Shown here: positions 1 to 10,538 of the stretch, piece after piece
Layout: every line of letters begins with the position of its first letter
How positions within the stretch are numbered: position 1 is the first letter of the stretch
Source: Candidatus Omnitrophota bacterium
GTDB lineage: Bacteria > Ratteibacteria > UBA8468 > MWAK01
DNA: 38,254 nucleotides
Assembly: GCA_043797665.1 (NCBI GenBank)
Contig: JAZDPL010000033.1
Span: 1 to 38,254, forward strand
Direction of reading: 5' to 3'
Notes under the pieces: generated by a model
What the model was told of the DNA's origin: nothing
The model's database searches: none
Seen by the model: the letters and a program-made list of their open reading frames with translations, nothing else
Position numbers and translations under genes: made by a program

Positions 1-289
1 CAAAAACAATGAATTCTTGTAGAGAACCGAAGACCGGTGATACTTAAGGCACTTCAGGCGATTGGCCTAAGAAAAAACCTCGCATTCGGATCAAACTCAA
101 CGGACTGTCCGTCCTGTGTAAAATAATATCAACAGTCCCTGGTTTGAGTATAAATTTATTTCAAGCGAAGACTTTCTCCACTAAATTTTCGTCAAGGCGA
201 GTTTTTTAGTCTATGCCTTTTAGTTCAAGTCCACCTCTCCCAGCCAAAAATTTCTCTTTGAAATACGGGTGTCCAGTCAGGGTGTAAAA

Positions 290-300
290 TGTGGTATAAT
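290..300 (+). promoter_or_regulatory. Putative extended -10 promoter (TGTGGTATAAT) for hicB-hicA
   Basis: TGnTATAAT consensus about 27 nt upstream of the ATG at 327, followed by an AGGAGG RBS. Confidence 0.55.
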
Positions 301-326
301 AATAAATAATATTTTAGGAGGAGCAG

Positions 327-542
327 ATGAGACTGACAGCGGTTTATCAAAAATTTCCAGAAGGATACGTTGCATTTGTTGAGGAACTTCCTGGCGCTAA
401 TACCCAGGGAAAGACTTTAGAAGAAGCCAAGCGTAACCTTATTGAAGCGGTGGATTTAGTACTTGAGACAAATCGTAAACTTACCGAAGAGAGTTTAATT
501 GGTCAAAATGTTATTCGGGAACCGTTACTTCTGCCTGTCTGA
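327..542 (+). CDS. hicB: HicB-family antitoxin (short form, no obvious DNA-binding domain)
   Basis: 'GYVAFVEELPGANTQGKTLEEAKRNLIEAVDL' is the HicB/UPF0150 signature; strong RBS; TGATG overlap with next gene. Confidence 0.9.
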   Translation: MRLTAVYQKFPEGYVAFVEELPGANTQGKTLEEAKRNLIEAVDLVLETNRKLTEESLIGQNVIREPLLLPV

Positions 543-727
543 TGAAACGGCGTGACCTCATTCGACATCTTGAACGTCATGGTTGCGAATTTCTCCGTGA
601 AGGTGGTAACCATACGGTGTATGTAAACCAAAAGACCCGCAAGTGTTCTACTGTTCCCCGACATAAAGAGATTATTGATTTTCTGGCGCGTAAGATTTGT
701 AAAGATTTAGAAATCCCCACTCCATAA
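542..727 (+). CDS. hicA: HicA-family toxin (mRNA interferase)
   Basis: 'LIRHLERHGCEFLREGGNHTVY...TVPRHKEI' with the conserved His; coupled to hicB. Confidence 0.9.
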   Translation: MKRRDLIRHLERHGCEFLREGGNHTVYVNQKTRKCSTVPRHKEIIDFLARKICKDLEIPTP

Positions 728-834
728 ATATCCAATTTAAACAGGTTCTAATGTCGTTCACCTCTCCCCTGTGTACACCATGGCCACGGTAAGATATGGT
801 GTTTTAATCAAAGGTCTCCATAAACGCTGCTTGC

Positions 835-2949
835 CTAATGTACTGTCTTACCACAGCATTTCTTATATTTCTTTCCTGAACCGCAAGGACAGGGTACGTT
901 CCGGGCTACTCCACCTAAAGGAGATATTCCTTCTGTTCGACCATTTAGCCAATCAATCGCACCAGGCACTCTCTGCCAGATCGGAAGAAACTTTTCGGCA
1001 TAGCAATAGCCTTCGTCTTCACCACCGACTTTTATTGTCTCCGGAAGGGTATCGGGAATTCTCTTCCTGCCGGTTAGATAATCAGGCACATAGGGATTAA
1101 CCCTTTTCGCTTTATCAAGGAGAGAATTTGCTTCTGGGGATGGTCCTGTTTTGATAAAACAGAGCAGTGCTTTGGTATAGAGCCAGTCTGGCGCACAATC
1201 ATCGGGGTATTCTTTTGACTCTAAGAGGTCTTCCAGTTCCTTATACCTTGATAATCGGGCCAGGGAATGGACCAGGATATAACGAATCCCCTGGTTGTCG
1301 TTAGGATTGAGCTTTAACATCTCGCGATAGTATCTGAGCGCCTCTTCATGTTCATTCATTTCCCATAAGGTCTGGACTAAACCCAACCGCGCCCGCATAT
1401 ACGGTCGTGTTTCCAAAACCCCCCAGAAATGGCCCGCATGTTCTTTGAATCCTTCCTGGCCCAGTGCCCGCTCACCGGCTTCCACGCCTTTCTGGGAAAG
1501 TTTTTTTGCTTCCGGCAGACCGACCGCAGTCTCTTCCGCTAAGAGGACATAGGCGTCCGCGCAATCCGGAGAAATAGCCAATGCTTTCCGGGCCAACAGG
1601 GTTCGTTCTTGTTTGTCTTCCCTATCCCACGCCTCATACATTATATCCTGGGCCGATTCCAGCGCGTTCCTCGGCGGTGTCGCCGGAACTCTGCCTCCGT
1701 GTTTATCCATCGTCTCTTTTAAGTATCTGTTTGCGTCGTCTATTGATGTAAACTCTTTATTCCGGATAAGCCGGGTTAAGTCTGAAGTGACTTTTTCCGT
1801 GGCGCGCCTATCTTTTATTTGCGGTTCTTTCAGTCTTTTTTGTGTTTCTGACAGTTTTTCCAGAGCCTTTTCTAACCGATATTCCTTCTGCTTCAGAAAG
1901 AAGTTCAGGGTGGCATACTTTATCCCTATTTCTTCTTCCCGTCGTCTTTTTCGGAACCAAATTCTCCTCCTTCCAATCTTCTTCGCCTCGTTATCAAGCA
2001 TATCCAGAGCATCCGGGACGGTCTTCACGCCTGACTCCAGATACGACCGGATAATCGCCTCCTGAAGAAGGGTTATTTTGTACGCAATCTCAGAACATAC
2101 GGGTAATCCGGCAGGAAAGGCAATCTTTTCACCACAGTTTGGGCAATATTGGTCTTCTTCGTATTTATATTTATCCTTTTCATTAGAGATAATTTCATCC
2201 AGTTCTCTCTTTGGTTCTCTTCGCATTCTTTTCATCACAAGCGCCCTGTTTTTCAAAAAGTCCTGGTGGATGATTGCGGCAATTTGTAAGGCACTTAACC
2301 GAGGTACGTCTCCGCAGGCAGGTAATCTCCGATAGCGAATCCGCCAGTTTTCCTCAGCCGGAGTTGGCTCCAATTTAGATGGGTTGGCAATCAGATAAAT
2401 CGCCTCTTCCATATCCGGGTTAAATGCATCCTCTGACTGATGGCGATATAAGGAATAGATCGCTTCAATGTCTTTCCGGTCACCATATTCGGAAAGTGCG
2501 GTGACGATCACATTCACCAGTTCCGGGTCCTCGGTTAGTTGCGAACGAAGAACTTCATGGGCCAGGGGATGTTTCATATATCCCAGCGCACCATAAGCAT
2601 AAAGTCGTGCCAGACTGTTTTTGTTTTCTGTGACAATCTTTTCCAGTGCTTCACAGGCCGCGTTTGCCAGGATATCATTTTCTACATCCAGCATAAATTT
2701 GATCAGGATGTCGACCGCGGCCGGGGAACGAATTTCACCCAGGATTACCAAGAACGGCAATACATCTTCAGGTTTCGGCGCGTCTTCGACCAGGTCCAAA
2801 ACCTGGATGATCGGCAACACCGCGGGTCTGCCAATCTCGATCAGGCGATCCATTTCGACCACCGGATAACTTACCTCCAGTTCACATATCTTTCTGATGA
2901 GCGTTTCAACCTCACCCAATGGTACAGACCACTTAGAATCTCGTATCAT
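835..2949 (-). CDS. HEAT-repeat / TPR / SEC-C motif protein
   Basis: N-terminal HEAT-like repeats, CPNC motif, 'SPDCADAY...FWGVLETRPYMRAR...LNPNDNQGIRY' TPR block, C-terminal 'RNVPCPCGSGKKYKKCCG' SEC-C; start moved to ATG 2949 (AGGAG upstream). Confidence 0.8.
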   Translation of the reverse strand: MIRDSKWSVPLGEVETLIRKICELEVSYPVVEMDRLIEIGRPAVLPIIQVLDLVEDAPKPEDVLPFLVILGEIRSPAAVDILIKFMLDVENDILANAACEALEKIVTENKNSLARLYAYGALGYMKHPLAHEVLRSQLTEDPELVNVIVTALSEYGDRKDIEAIYSLYRHQSEDAFNPDMEEAIYLIANPSKLEPTPAEENWRIRYRRLPACGDVPRLSALQIAAIIHQDFLKNRALVMKRMRREPKRELDEIISNEKDKYKYEEDQYCPNCGEKIAFPAGLPVCSEIAYKITLLQEAIIRSYLESGVKTVPDALDMLDNEAKKIGRRRIWFRKRRREEEIGIKYATLNFFLKQKEYRLEKALEKLSETQKRLKEPQIKDRRATEKVTSDLTRLIRNKEFTSIDDANRYLKETMDKHGGRVPATPPRNALESAQDIMYEAWDREDKQERTLLARKALAISPDCADAYVLLAEETAVGLPEAKKLSQKGVEAGERALGQEGFKEHAGHFWGVLETRPYMRARLGLVQTLWEMNEHEEALRYYREMLKLNPNDNQGIRYILVHSLARLSRYKELEDLLESKEYPDDCAPDWLYTKALLCFIKTGPSPEANSLLDKAKRVNPYVPDYLTGRKRIPDTLPETIKVGGEDEGYCYAEKFLPIWQRVPGAIDWLNGRTEGISPLGGVARNVPCPCGSGKKYKKCCGKTVH

Positions 2950-2982
2950 AACATTAGTGTTGACTCCTAAAAAAGCACTGGG

Positions 2983-3225
2983 ATGAGGATGTTTTATCTT
3001 GGATATAAAGATGAACAAGTGAAGTTGAAAGATGAGAATCCGTCAATAGGTATTATTCTGTGTGCGGATAAGGATAACATCGTGGTTGAGTATGCCTTAC
3101 GCAGTGTCAAGAAACCCGTTGGTGTTGCTGAGTACTATCTTACAAAGAAACTTCCCAGATATTTGGCGGGAAAACTTCCTGACGCAAACGCATTGAAATT
3201 GCCGATACAAGAGGAATTGAAATAA
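2983..3225 (+). pseudogene. C-terminal fragment of a DUF1016/YhcG PD-(D/E)XK nuclease-like gene
   Basis: 'DENPSIGIILCADKDNIVVEYAL...PVGVAEY...LP' is the typical DUF1016 C-terminus; most of the protein is missing. Confidence 0.75.
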
Positions 3226-3302
3226 AAGCGGACTATAAAAACAGAGGTGGGAAAAAGTATGACAGGGGTATGACAGAATTCGTTAAAAATGAAGGAAATG
3301 AC

Positions 3303-3332
3303 GAGATTCTTCGGCTTGCGCCTCAGAATGAC
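3303..3332. repeat. REP-like family C, right half only
   Basis: GAGATTCTTCGGCTTGCGCCTCAGAATGAC matches the copies at 24244, 25898 and 28886. Confidence 0.8.
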
Positions 3333-3403
3333 ATGTTCGTTGATACGTAATGGTTTTCTGGAGATTAGCCCGAGAGAAAACCTCAGTTTAAAATTGAATT
3401 GAA

Positions 3404-3450
3404 CGGACTCAAAATCCGGTGAGGGCAACCTCGTGAGGGTTCAACTCCCT
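3404..3450 (+). pseudogene. Internal fragment of tRNA-Leu(CAA), probable att-site scar
   Basis: CGGA-CTCAAAA-TCCG anticodon arm, GAGG-GCAA-CCTC variable arm, AGGG-TTCAACT-CCCT T-arm; no D-arm or acceptor stem. Confidence 0.75.
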
Positions 3451-3705
3451 TAATAATCAAAACCGTAATGGGTACATCCTTGTGCTTTAAATTTCAAAAG
3501 ACTCCAACCGCCACCGGTAAAATTCCCAATTGGGTTCGGTAATTCCTTCATAGATACGGCGATAATATTCTGAATAAAACATTTCCGTGCTTTCTTTGGA
3601 TTTGCAGATTCCTTAACTTTCCGAAGCTAATGTGTTACCGCCGCAGAGTGTCAAAGCAAAAATGTTCCCCGTAGGTTCGCTAGTCTGGATCCTATTTTCG
3701 CTTCT

Positions 3706-5031
3706 TCAAATTCTAAAGGATAGTCCCCAATTACCGGCATCCGCCGGATTGCCTTTATCTCCAGGCAAAAGTTCCCGATGATTTTCAACTACTTTTTTAA
3801 CCGCCCCTGCGTATTCTTTAATTACCTTCGGATAATACTTTTTAAACCACGGGACTCCAAAGACCTTGGTCTGAATCCTTTCCGCGACCGGCAGGGAACC
3901 TGGAGGTTGTCTCAAATCTCTGGTTGAATTGGCAATTCGGGTCGGCTTGCCGTGGCGGTAAACGTCTATGGTATTAAAGAGCGGATGAAGATGCAAAGAT
4001 TTGTTACAGCCGGGGCAGGTCGGTACACCCTCTGCTTTTAATGCTTCACAGAACTGGTTCAGAGATAGCCCACTCAGTTCTTCAGAACGATAGTGTCCTA
4101 AAGGATTATACCAACCGCCCATCGTGGTTCCAAAACTTTTTGGAGGTCGGTTGGGTCTGATACCAGGGGTCTCTTCCAATAAGTCCCAGAAGTAGTTCAT
4201 CGCCTTATCTATTTCAGCCATCTCCCGCGGATATTTCTTCAGTTGGACCAGCCCAACCGCAGAAGATAACTGGTGCATCCGGTACTTGTACCCGCCCCAG
4301 GGTAAACCAGCGCCCGCTTTCAGTTCCGGCAAGGTCAACTCGCTGTGCCTTTCGTAGTGACCAAAGGCAATCGCCCTTTCGTAGATGGTCCGGTCATTGG
4401 TCAGCATAATGCCTGCTTCACCAACGGCAAAAGACTTCCCGCTCATCAGGGAGAAGGCAGCAACATCGCCAAAGGTTCCTACCATCCGGCCTTTGTATTT
4501 GGCGCCGTGGCTATGGGAAACGTCTTCAATAACTTTCAGGTTATGTTTATGGGCAAGTTTCATAATCTTGTCCATCCGGGCAGGCCTGCCGCAGTAGTGA
4601 ACAACCAGAATTGCCTTAGTCTTATCGGTAATCCGGTGTTCAATATCATCAGGATCAAGACAGAGCGTGTCCGCCTCAATATCCGCAAAGACCACCGTAC
4701 CACCCAGCGAAAAAACCGGCAGGCAGGTTGCCCAGTAGGTAATAGTGGGGCAGATGATCTCGTCTCCAACACCAATGCCTAAACCAAACATCGCACCGTG
4801 TAAGGCGGCGGTGCCGTTGTTACAGCCTAAACCGTATTCCATTTGGTGCCAGTCAGCAAAACCTCGTTCAAACCTTTTGGTGACATCCGTGCCGGACATA
4901 TTCCCGGCACGCAGAACCTTCAATACCTCATCCTCCATCCTTTTGTTGATAATTGGCCAGGTAAAGATATCCTTCGGGTCAGCCTGAACCAATTTCTTTC
5001 CTCCCAGTACCGCTAATTTATTTTTATTCAT
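3706..5031 (-). CDS. DegT/DnrJ/EryC1/StrS family PLP aminotransferase
   Basis: 'NNGTAALH', 'IEDVSHSHGA', 'FSLMSGKSFAVGEAG' (PLP lysine). Confidence 0.9.
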   Translation of the reverse strand: MNKNKLAVLGGKKLVQADPKDIFTWPIINKRMEDEVLKVLRAGNMSGTDVTKRFERGFADWHQMEYGLGCNNGTAALHGAMFGLGIGVGDEIICPTITYWATCLPVFSLGGTVVFADIEADTLCLDPDDIEHRITDKTKAILVVHYCGRPARMDKIMKLAHKHNLKVIEDVSHSHGAKYKGRMVGTFGDVAAFSLMSGKSFAVGEAGIMLTNDRTIYERAIAFGHYERHSELTLPELKAGAGLPWGGYKYRMHQLSSAVGLVQLKKYPREMAEIDKAMNYFWDLLEETPGIRPNRPPKSFGTTMGGWYNPLGHYRSEELSGLSLNQFCEALKAEGVPTCPGCNKSLHLHPLFNTIDVYRHGKPTRIANSTRDLRQPPGSLPVAERIQTKVFGVPWFKKYYPKVIKEYAGAVKKVVENHRELLPGDKGNPADAGNWGLSFRI

Positions 5032-5924
5032 CTCTTCTCTTTTCCTGGAGCCAAAAGCCTGAGGGCGTTGCCGGAATATATCTTATCTAAAACCGCTTCG
5101 GATAAGCCTAAGCCGTCAAGAAATTTCTGGTGCTCATTATTAAAACAGTCACGGCCGTAAAGAATGTGGTCCGGAAATTCACGTAAAAACTTTCGGGCGA
5201 AAGCCGGGTCACGTTTTAACGCATTTAATCCGGAACTCGCTGATAAATCACCGTAAAGGTTCGGATACTGACGCAGCATGGCTATAACCTTCCCCCCCGG
5301 AACAGCCTTCCCTACCGGATAAAAAATTTTATCGTACTGGTCATCACCAGAAATATGTGCCCAGAATCCCGGACCGTGGCCCAGAAATATGGTCCGAGGA
5401 CACTTCTGAATCGCCCGCTCAAATGCCTCAATCCCTCCGCCGTACCACCAGTTTGGTCTGGGGTATTTAACCCCGGCATCAAACTCGTAATCTAAATGAA
5501 CAATTACCGGTAACCCCTTCTCTCCGCAAAACCGGAACATCCGCAGGGCATCCGGGTTATCGTACATCATCCTTAGTTTTAACTCACCGTATATTTTCAC
5601 CCCGTAAATATCAACCGCGGCCTGCATCCTATCAATCGCGTCCGGCTTGCGGGGGTCAGGTGCATATCCCAAAACAAACTTCCCCGGAGCCTGTTCCACA
5701 TAAGCCCGACATCGGCTTAAGGGCATGGGACCATTTGGTTCAAATGTTGGGATTACATTATTGTAAGAAGGGTCATACTCATCCTTGGGACAGTCCCAAC
5801 CCAACAGCCAGCTCTGGCTGATACGATACTCAGCCATATTCGCCAAAAACTTCTTGAGATTATGCCCGTACCAGTCCGGATGGTTGTGACAATCAATAAT
5901 TAACCTCTTCCTTCGAGTAGACAT
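5028..5924 (-). CDS. Amidohydrolase family protein
   Basis: 'IIDCHNH' metal motif, 'LPVIVH', 'NLYGDLSA', 'ILYGRD'; start at ATG 5924 after GAGGGAG. Confidence 0.85.
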   Translation of the reverse strand: MSTRRKRLIIDCHNHPDWYGHNLKKFLANMAEYRISQSWLLGWDCPKDEYDPSYNNVIPTFEPNGPMPLSRCRAYVEQAPGKFVLGYAPDPRKPDAIDRMQAAVDIYGVKIYGELKLRMMYDNPDALRMFRFCGEKGLPVIVHLDYEFDAGVKYPRPNWWYGGGIEAFERAIQKCPRTIFLGHGPGFWAHISGDDQYDKIFYPVGKAVPGGKVIAMLRQYPNLYGDLSASSGLNALKRDPAFARKFLREFPDHILYGRDCFNNEHQKFLDGLGLSEAVLDKIYSGNALRLLAPGKEKR

Positions 5925-5926
5925 TT

Positions 5927-7312
5927 TTATCTCCCTCTTTTCACAAACCATCTTTTCCAAATGGGACAATCTATCATTTGAATGAGCGAAAACAGTTCTT
6001 TGAACGTCTCGTAAATGATGCCTTCGGCTGTTTCGTCAGTCAAGGCAAAATCGCGCTGAACATTCATCTTGCCTGACTCTATATCTCTTTTATGCTCATG
6101 GGCAGGCATTAGATAGGATAGTTCGTCATTACATAAAGAATTAACCCAGGTGTGCTTGAAAGGACTCCGCCTCCTTAGATTAAGAGCAATCTCATGGAAA
6201 ACCTCACCGCATACCGCCAGAAGCGCAAAATCGCCGATTCTTATCAGTTGCAATTCCGAAAAAACACCCTTTTCATCCTGCTTTCCTCCGACAATCTTAC
6301 GGTTATAAACGTAGGCTTTCCCCCGGATAGACAGGGGTTTACGCCACGGGAAATATACCTCCTTGCTTGCTGAAGAAACAACATTCGCCTGAAAAGGTTC
6401 AAGTTTTCTCCACATTTTTTTGATGCTGTCATAAAGCATTTTGCCGGCTACCGGAACCAGGGCCTCTGCTTCTTCAGTTGAGACGGCGTGTTCAAACAAT
6501 GCCGCCGGATGGACATTACCCTCCGGCCCGGCCATAATGGATAATACGAAATTGTTTCCTAATTCATTTTCTATCCTGGACATCGCCCAGCCAAAGAAAT
6601 CACTATCAAGCGTGGTTCCGCAAAGAGCAAGGGCGTTGTGGCAACCAAAGTTTGCCAGACCACAAATAGGTCTTCCGTCCATATCTTCAAATATGACCAG
6701 GCGCAAGGCATCGTCATAAGGTGATTCCGACTCAATCTCTTCTTGAAGAATATCCTTGATACCTGTGGCAGTAGTCAGATGTCCTATGCTTCCATCCTTC
6801 ATCCGAAGGCGTGGCCGTCCAATCCCGGGCAGAGAAACTTCACCAATCTTTGCCTTAGCCGGCACAAGGCGAGTATCGGCTAAAAAGACAGCGCTGGCAG
6901 CCTGACGGTAAAGAATATTCAGATATTCCTGGGTCTCTTTACTCAAAGATTCATATTCCACCATTATACCGCCGGCATCTTCCGGGTCATCGTGGTCAAT
7001 CACCTTGGCTCCGGAATGTGTATGCGTAGCGCAGACCAGAATGTTTTCTTCCGGTATGTCAGTCCACTTGCTTGCCAGTTGCCGTATGCCTCTTGTGATA
7101 TTAGGAAAGAACTCGCTTATATCCAAAAGAACGATGGCCGCTTTCTTTTTACCATCGTCAAATACGGTTGCCCGGGCACAGAGCTCTCCGATAATATCGG
7201 TGGCCAGGCCTTTCGGCCCAAGCCGTCTTGCCTGGTCCAAAGGCGGAGTAATATTAATCTTGGCTGATCCTACTCTGATTTTTGATTCCATAGCGGTTAT
7301 TCTTTTAGCCAT
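5927..7312 (-). CDS. Neutral/alkaline ceramidase-like metallohydrolase
   Basis: 'KINITPP', 'CATHTHSG', 'NFGCH', 'GEVF', 'SYLMP' motifs. Confidence 0.75.
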   Translation of the reverse strand: MAKRITAMESKIRVGSAKINITPPLDQARRLGPKGLATDIIGELCARATVFDDGKKKAAIVLLDISEFFPNITRGIRQLASKWTDIPEENILVCATHTHSGAKVIDHDDPEDAGGIMVEYESLSKETQEYLNILYRQAASAVFLADTRLVPAKAKIGEVSLPGIGRPRLRMKDGSIGHLTTATGIKDILQEEIESESPYDDALRLVIFEDMDGRPICGLANFGCHNALALCGTTLDSDFFGWAMSRIENELGNNFVLSIMAGPEGNVHPAALFEHAVSTEEAEALVPVAGKMLYDSIKKMWRKLEPFQANVVSSASKEVYFPWRKPLSIRGKAYVYNRKIVGGKQDEKGVFSELQLIRIGDFALLAVCGEVFHEIALNLRRRSPFKHTWVNSLCNDELSYLMPAHEHKRDIESGKMNVQRDFALTDETAEGIIYETFKELFSLIQMIDCPIWKRWFVKRGR

Positions 7313-7331
7313 TTTTAATCGTCAGATGATT

Positions 7332-9251
7332 TCAGGGAAGCACTTTTATTAATTCCAACTCAACGGAATGGATCGTTTTATCAATGCCTTTTGTATGGTA
7401 GGTTCTGAAAACGTCATGTTCTCCCAAGTACGCCCAGCGGTAATCGTCAAAAAGCAGGTGGTGGCTATCCAGAACCAAGCCTTCAGTTCGGATAACTTTT
7501 TTAGGAATAAAACAGCAGCCGGCTTTTCTCATTTCCACAAACCGAAACCCCTGCCCCCCATACCCCCACACTTCCAACCGAAGAACGGATGGTTCTCTCC
7601 TTTCCTTTACCGGTAATGAAACTTGATAAAACGATTGTTCATCAAAATCCGGTTTCATCTCTCCGGAAAATATCTCATGCCATCGTTTCGAACCTTTAAA
7701 CCTGAGCAATACCTTTGTCCGGGGAGCGGCGTATCTGTCCGGCAGGAAACAGTAGAGGTCCAAAATTCCGCACCACAATCGCTCTCCTTGTTTTATAGAC
7801 GACAAAATAGACTTGAAGCTTCCAGCCATCTCCTCGAAAAACCGGGAGGCATGGTTTGGTTGAATTCCGGTTCGATATCGCTTCCACCGTTCTTCATTCC
7901 TTTTTTTGAGGGATTCGATGTTTCCGGTACATTCCATAACTTTCTTTAATATTGGTGACCGGTTTTTAGAAGGAACCAATAGTTTATCGTAAAGTTCCGG
8001 AACCAACCGCCGCAGTTGATGTTGGAGTAACTCTTCATCTAAATCAAACAAAATGTTTGTTAATACTGTTCTGGGAATCCCCAACGGTACTTTCATCCGG
8101 AAAGGGGTTAAGGTTTTGATTAAAAGAGCGGCTGTTTTTGCTCTTTCTTCCTCCAACTGAGAGGTGATGCCCCTTAAAAAACCTTCCGGTTTTTTTATCC
8201 TTGGCCAGGGACGGAGGTAAGAGAGATTTTTTACGGCGGAAATGAATAAAGGGTCATCAACCTTGAAAAGTTCCAAGATAACTTTTTCGAAAATCGGCTC
8301 GACATTTTGGAAATCAGCGCCAGACCATAGTCTTCCGGCAAAGGCGATATTAGGAAAGTATCGGTAGAGGAAAGTTGCTGAGTGTTCCCAGGTAGTAACC
8401 AAACCACCCAAAGCGTTATGTTTTGCCGCATACCGGGAGAAGTTGATGATATTTCCGGCTGTCTGTTCCCGGGTACAGAAGAGGTAAGACAATCCTAACC
8501 GGTCATATTTCGCTAAGAGGTCTTCCCTTTTCCGGTTGAAAAAATGGGAGTATGGTTTATCAAATGATTCGTCATAAAGCCAACAACAGAGTACCACATC
8601 TTTAGGCAAGTTTTCCAAAGACTCAGGACATACTTCAAACATATCATCCCACATCATCATCTTCTTCCCTAATTCTTTGGTGATGATGTGGTGGGTCTTT
8701 GAGAGGTGTAGACTAAAGAGGCTTGACAACCCTTCTTCCTGTGTCTTTTTTTGGCAAAGGGAACAATATCCGAGGTCAAATGATTCGTCATTTCCGACAT
8801 GAATGTATTCGGAAGGGAAAATCCGAAATATTTCTTTATAATATTTGCGAAAGAAGGAAAAGGGTTTTTCAAGCGAAGGACAAGAGCAGTGGAGGGCGTT
8901 TCCGAACCTGCCCGGAATTCCTTCCCGCAGTTCAGATAGATCAGATAATTGAGGGTACTGAAGAAACTGTTCCGTATGACCTAAGTTTGAAACGACAGGG
9001 ATAACCTCTATACCGTATTTTACTGCATAAGAAACAACTTTCCGCATCTCTTCCGGTGTGTAACTTTGGGACGGTTTCGGATAGGGAAAGGAATCTGTTC
9101 GGACCCTTCCCTCCAGATAGAGAAATAACTTGTTGTAGTTAAACCTGGCAGCAAATTCGATAAAAGAGAAGATGTAGTCAAGAGTTTCCATCTGCCGGGC
9201 TAAATCGAGTTGGACTGCCCGGAAATTCCACTTTTCCCGTTCCTTGCTCAC
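7332..9251 (-). CDS. GH20-like glycoside hydrolase (beta-N-acetylhexosaminidase-like)
   Basis: 'RAVQLDLAR', 'IEVIPVVSNLGH', catalytic 'HVGNDE', 'MWDDM'; GTG start with GGAGG RBS. Confidence 0.8.
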   Translation of the reverse strand: MSKEREKWNFRAVQLDLARQMETLDYIFSFIEFAARFNYNKLFLYLEGRVRTDSFPYPKPSQSYTPEEMRKVVSYAVKYGIEVIPVVSNLGHTEQFLQYPQLSDLSELREGIPGRFGNALHCSCPSLEKPFSFFRKYYKEIFRIFPSEYIHVGNDESFDLGYCSLCQKKTQEEGLSSLFSLHLSKTHHIITKELGKKMMMWDDMFEVCPESLENLPKDVVLCCWLYDESFDKPYSHFFNRKREDLLAKYDRLGLSYLFCTREQTAGNIINFSRYAAKHNALGGLVTTWEHSATFLYRYFPNIAFAGRLWSGADFQNVEPIFEKVILELFKVDDPLFISAVKNLSYLRPWPRIKKPEGFLRGITSQLEEERAKTAALLIKTLTPFRMKVPLGIPRTVLTNILFDLDEELLQHQLRRLVPELYDKLLVPSKNRSPILKKVMECTGNIESLKKRNEERWKRYRTGIQPNHASRFFEEMAGSFKSILSSIKQGERLWCGILDLYCFLPDRYAAPRTKVLLRFKGSKRWHEIFSGEMKPDFDEQSFYQVSLPVKERREPSVLRLEVWGYGGQGFRFVEMRKAGCCFIPKKVIRTEGLVLDSHHLLFDDYRWAYLGEHDVFRTYHTKGIDKTIHSVELELIKVLP

Positions 9252-9277
9252 CGAACCTCCTTAATCCACTATTAGTT

Positions 9278-10435
9278 TTAGAACTTTATTTTAACCCACT
9301 TGCCTTCTCTGGCGGATTCTTCCACCGCAGCCAGGACTTTCTGGCAGGCTAATCCGTCGTAGAAGTCAGGCTGGGAACTCTTCTTCCCTTCTGCCCAGGC
9401 ATTAATCAGATCAAAGACCGTGTGGGTAAAGGTATGCTCGTAACCGATGATATGACCCGGCGGCCACCAGGCAGAAAGGTACGGATGGACCGGTTCGGTG
9501 ACCTGGATGGTCTTGAATCCAAGCGTTTCTGCCGGCTCTTTCGCATCGTAGTATTCCAGTTCGTTCATCCGCTCCATGTTGAAGACCAGCGTGCCTTTTT
9601 CACCGTTAATCTCAAGCCGGTTATAGTTCTTCCGTCCTGCGGCAAACCTGGTCGCTTCAAAGGAACCCGCCGCACCGTTGGCAAACCGGGCTAAAAAGAG
9701 GGTGGCGTCATCCACCGTGACTTTGCCCGTCTTCTTTCCACCGCGTGCGGAAAGACCGCCCTCCGCGGTCGGTACCGGCCGCTCATTGATAAAGGTGGAC
9801 CAGAGGCTGACCACTTCCTTTATCTCGCCCACCAGCCAGCGTGCCAAATCTATCTGGTGGCTGGCTAAATCGCCCAGGGCACCGGTGCCGGCTACCTCCT
9901 TCTGTAAGCGCCAGACCAGGGGAAACTTCGGGTCTAAAATCCAGTCCTGAAGATAGGTGCCGCGGAAATGGTAAACCTTCCCCAATTTACCTTCGGAAAG
10001 CATCTTCTTCATCAGGGAAAGCGCCGGCACTCTACGGTAGTTAAAACAGACCGCGTGGAAGACCCTGTTCTTCTCCACCGCTTTCACCATCGCCTCTGCC
10101 TGGGAAAGGTTCAAAGCCAGGGGCTTTTCGCAGAAGACCGCTTTCCCTGCGTTAGCGGCAGCAATGGCGATCTCCGCGTGGCTATCGTTAGAGGTGGTAA
10201 TATCAACCAGGTCAATATCCGACCGATTCACCAAACGTCGCCAGTCGGTCTCGCAACTCTCATATCCCCACTTTTTGGACATTTCTTTTAATTCTTCAGG
10301 GTGCCGGCCGCAAACCGCCTTTAATACCGGCTTTGCCTTGGGGCTGAAGAAATGTCCGACCTGATGGAAGGCGTTGCTGTGCGCCTTGCCCATAAATTTG
10401 TAACCAATCAATCCAATCCTGATTTCCTTTGCCAT
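9278..10435 (-). CDS. Gfo/Idh/MocA family oxidoreductase
   Basis: '[13 protein letters not shown]', 'CEKPLA', '[12 protein letters not shown]'. Confidence 0.92.
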   Translation of the reverse strand: MAKEIRIGLIGYKFMGKAHSNAFHQVGHFFSPKAKPVLKAVCGRHPEELKEMSKKWGYESCETDWRRLVNRSDIDLVDITTSNDSHAEIAIAAANAGKAVFCEKPLALNLSQAEAMVKAVEKNRVFHAVCFNYRRVPALSLMKKMLSEGKLGKVYHFRGTYLQDWILDPKFPLVWRLQKEVAGTGALGDLASHQIDLARWLVGEIKEVVSLWSTFINERPVPTAEGGLSARGGKKTGKVTVDDATLFLARFANGAAGSFEATRFAAGRKNYNRLEINGEKGTLVFNMERMNELEYYDAKEPAETLGFKTIQVTEPVHPYLSAWWPPGHIIGYEHTFTHTVFDLINAWAEGKKSSQPDFYDGLACQKVLAAVEESAREGKWVKIKF

Positions 10436-10464
10436 ACCGCCTCCCTACCTTAGCCTCAGTTTAT

Positions 10465-10514
10465 GTAGGGGCTTGATTTATCAAGCCCGCGGGTCGGATG
10501 AATCCGACCCCTAC
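10465..10514. repeat. GTAG-type REP doublet (family A)
   Basis: GTAGGGGCTTGATTTATCAAGCCC-GC-GGGTCGGATGAATCCGACCCCTAC: two palindromes bounded by GTAG/CTAC; four copies in the window. Confidence 0.85.
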
Positions 10515-10538
10515 ATCAAATTATTTATATCGTTTGTA

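Noticed and set aside
3352..3382. GGTTTTCT...AGAAAACC inverted repeat as a terminator
   Set aside because: 8-bp arms with a long loop and no U-tract; function unsupported
3452..3630. Short minus-strand reading frame (MFYSEYYRRIYEGITEPNWEFYRWRLESFEI)
   Set aside because: May be a gene remnant, but too short and with no recognisable family
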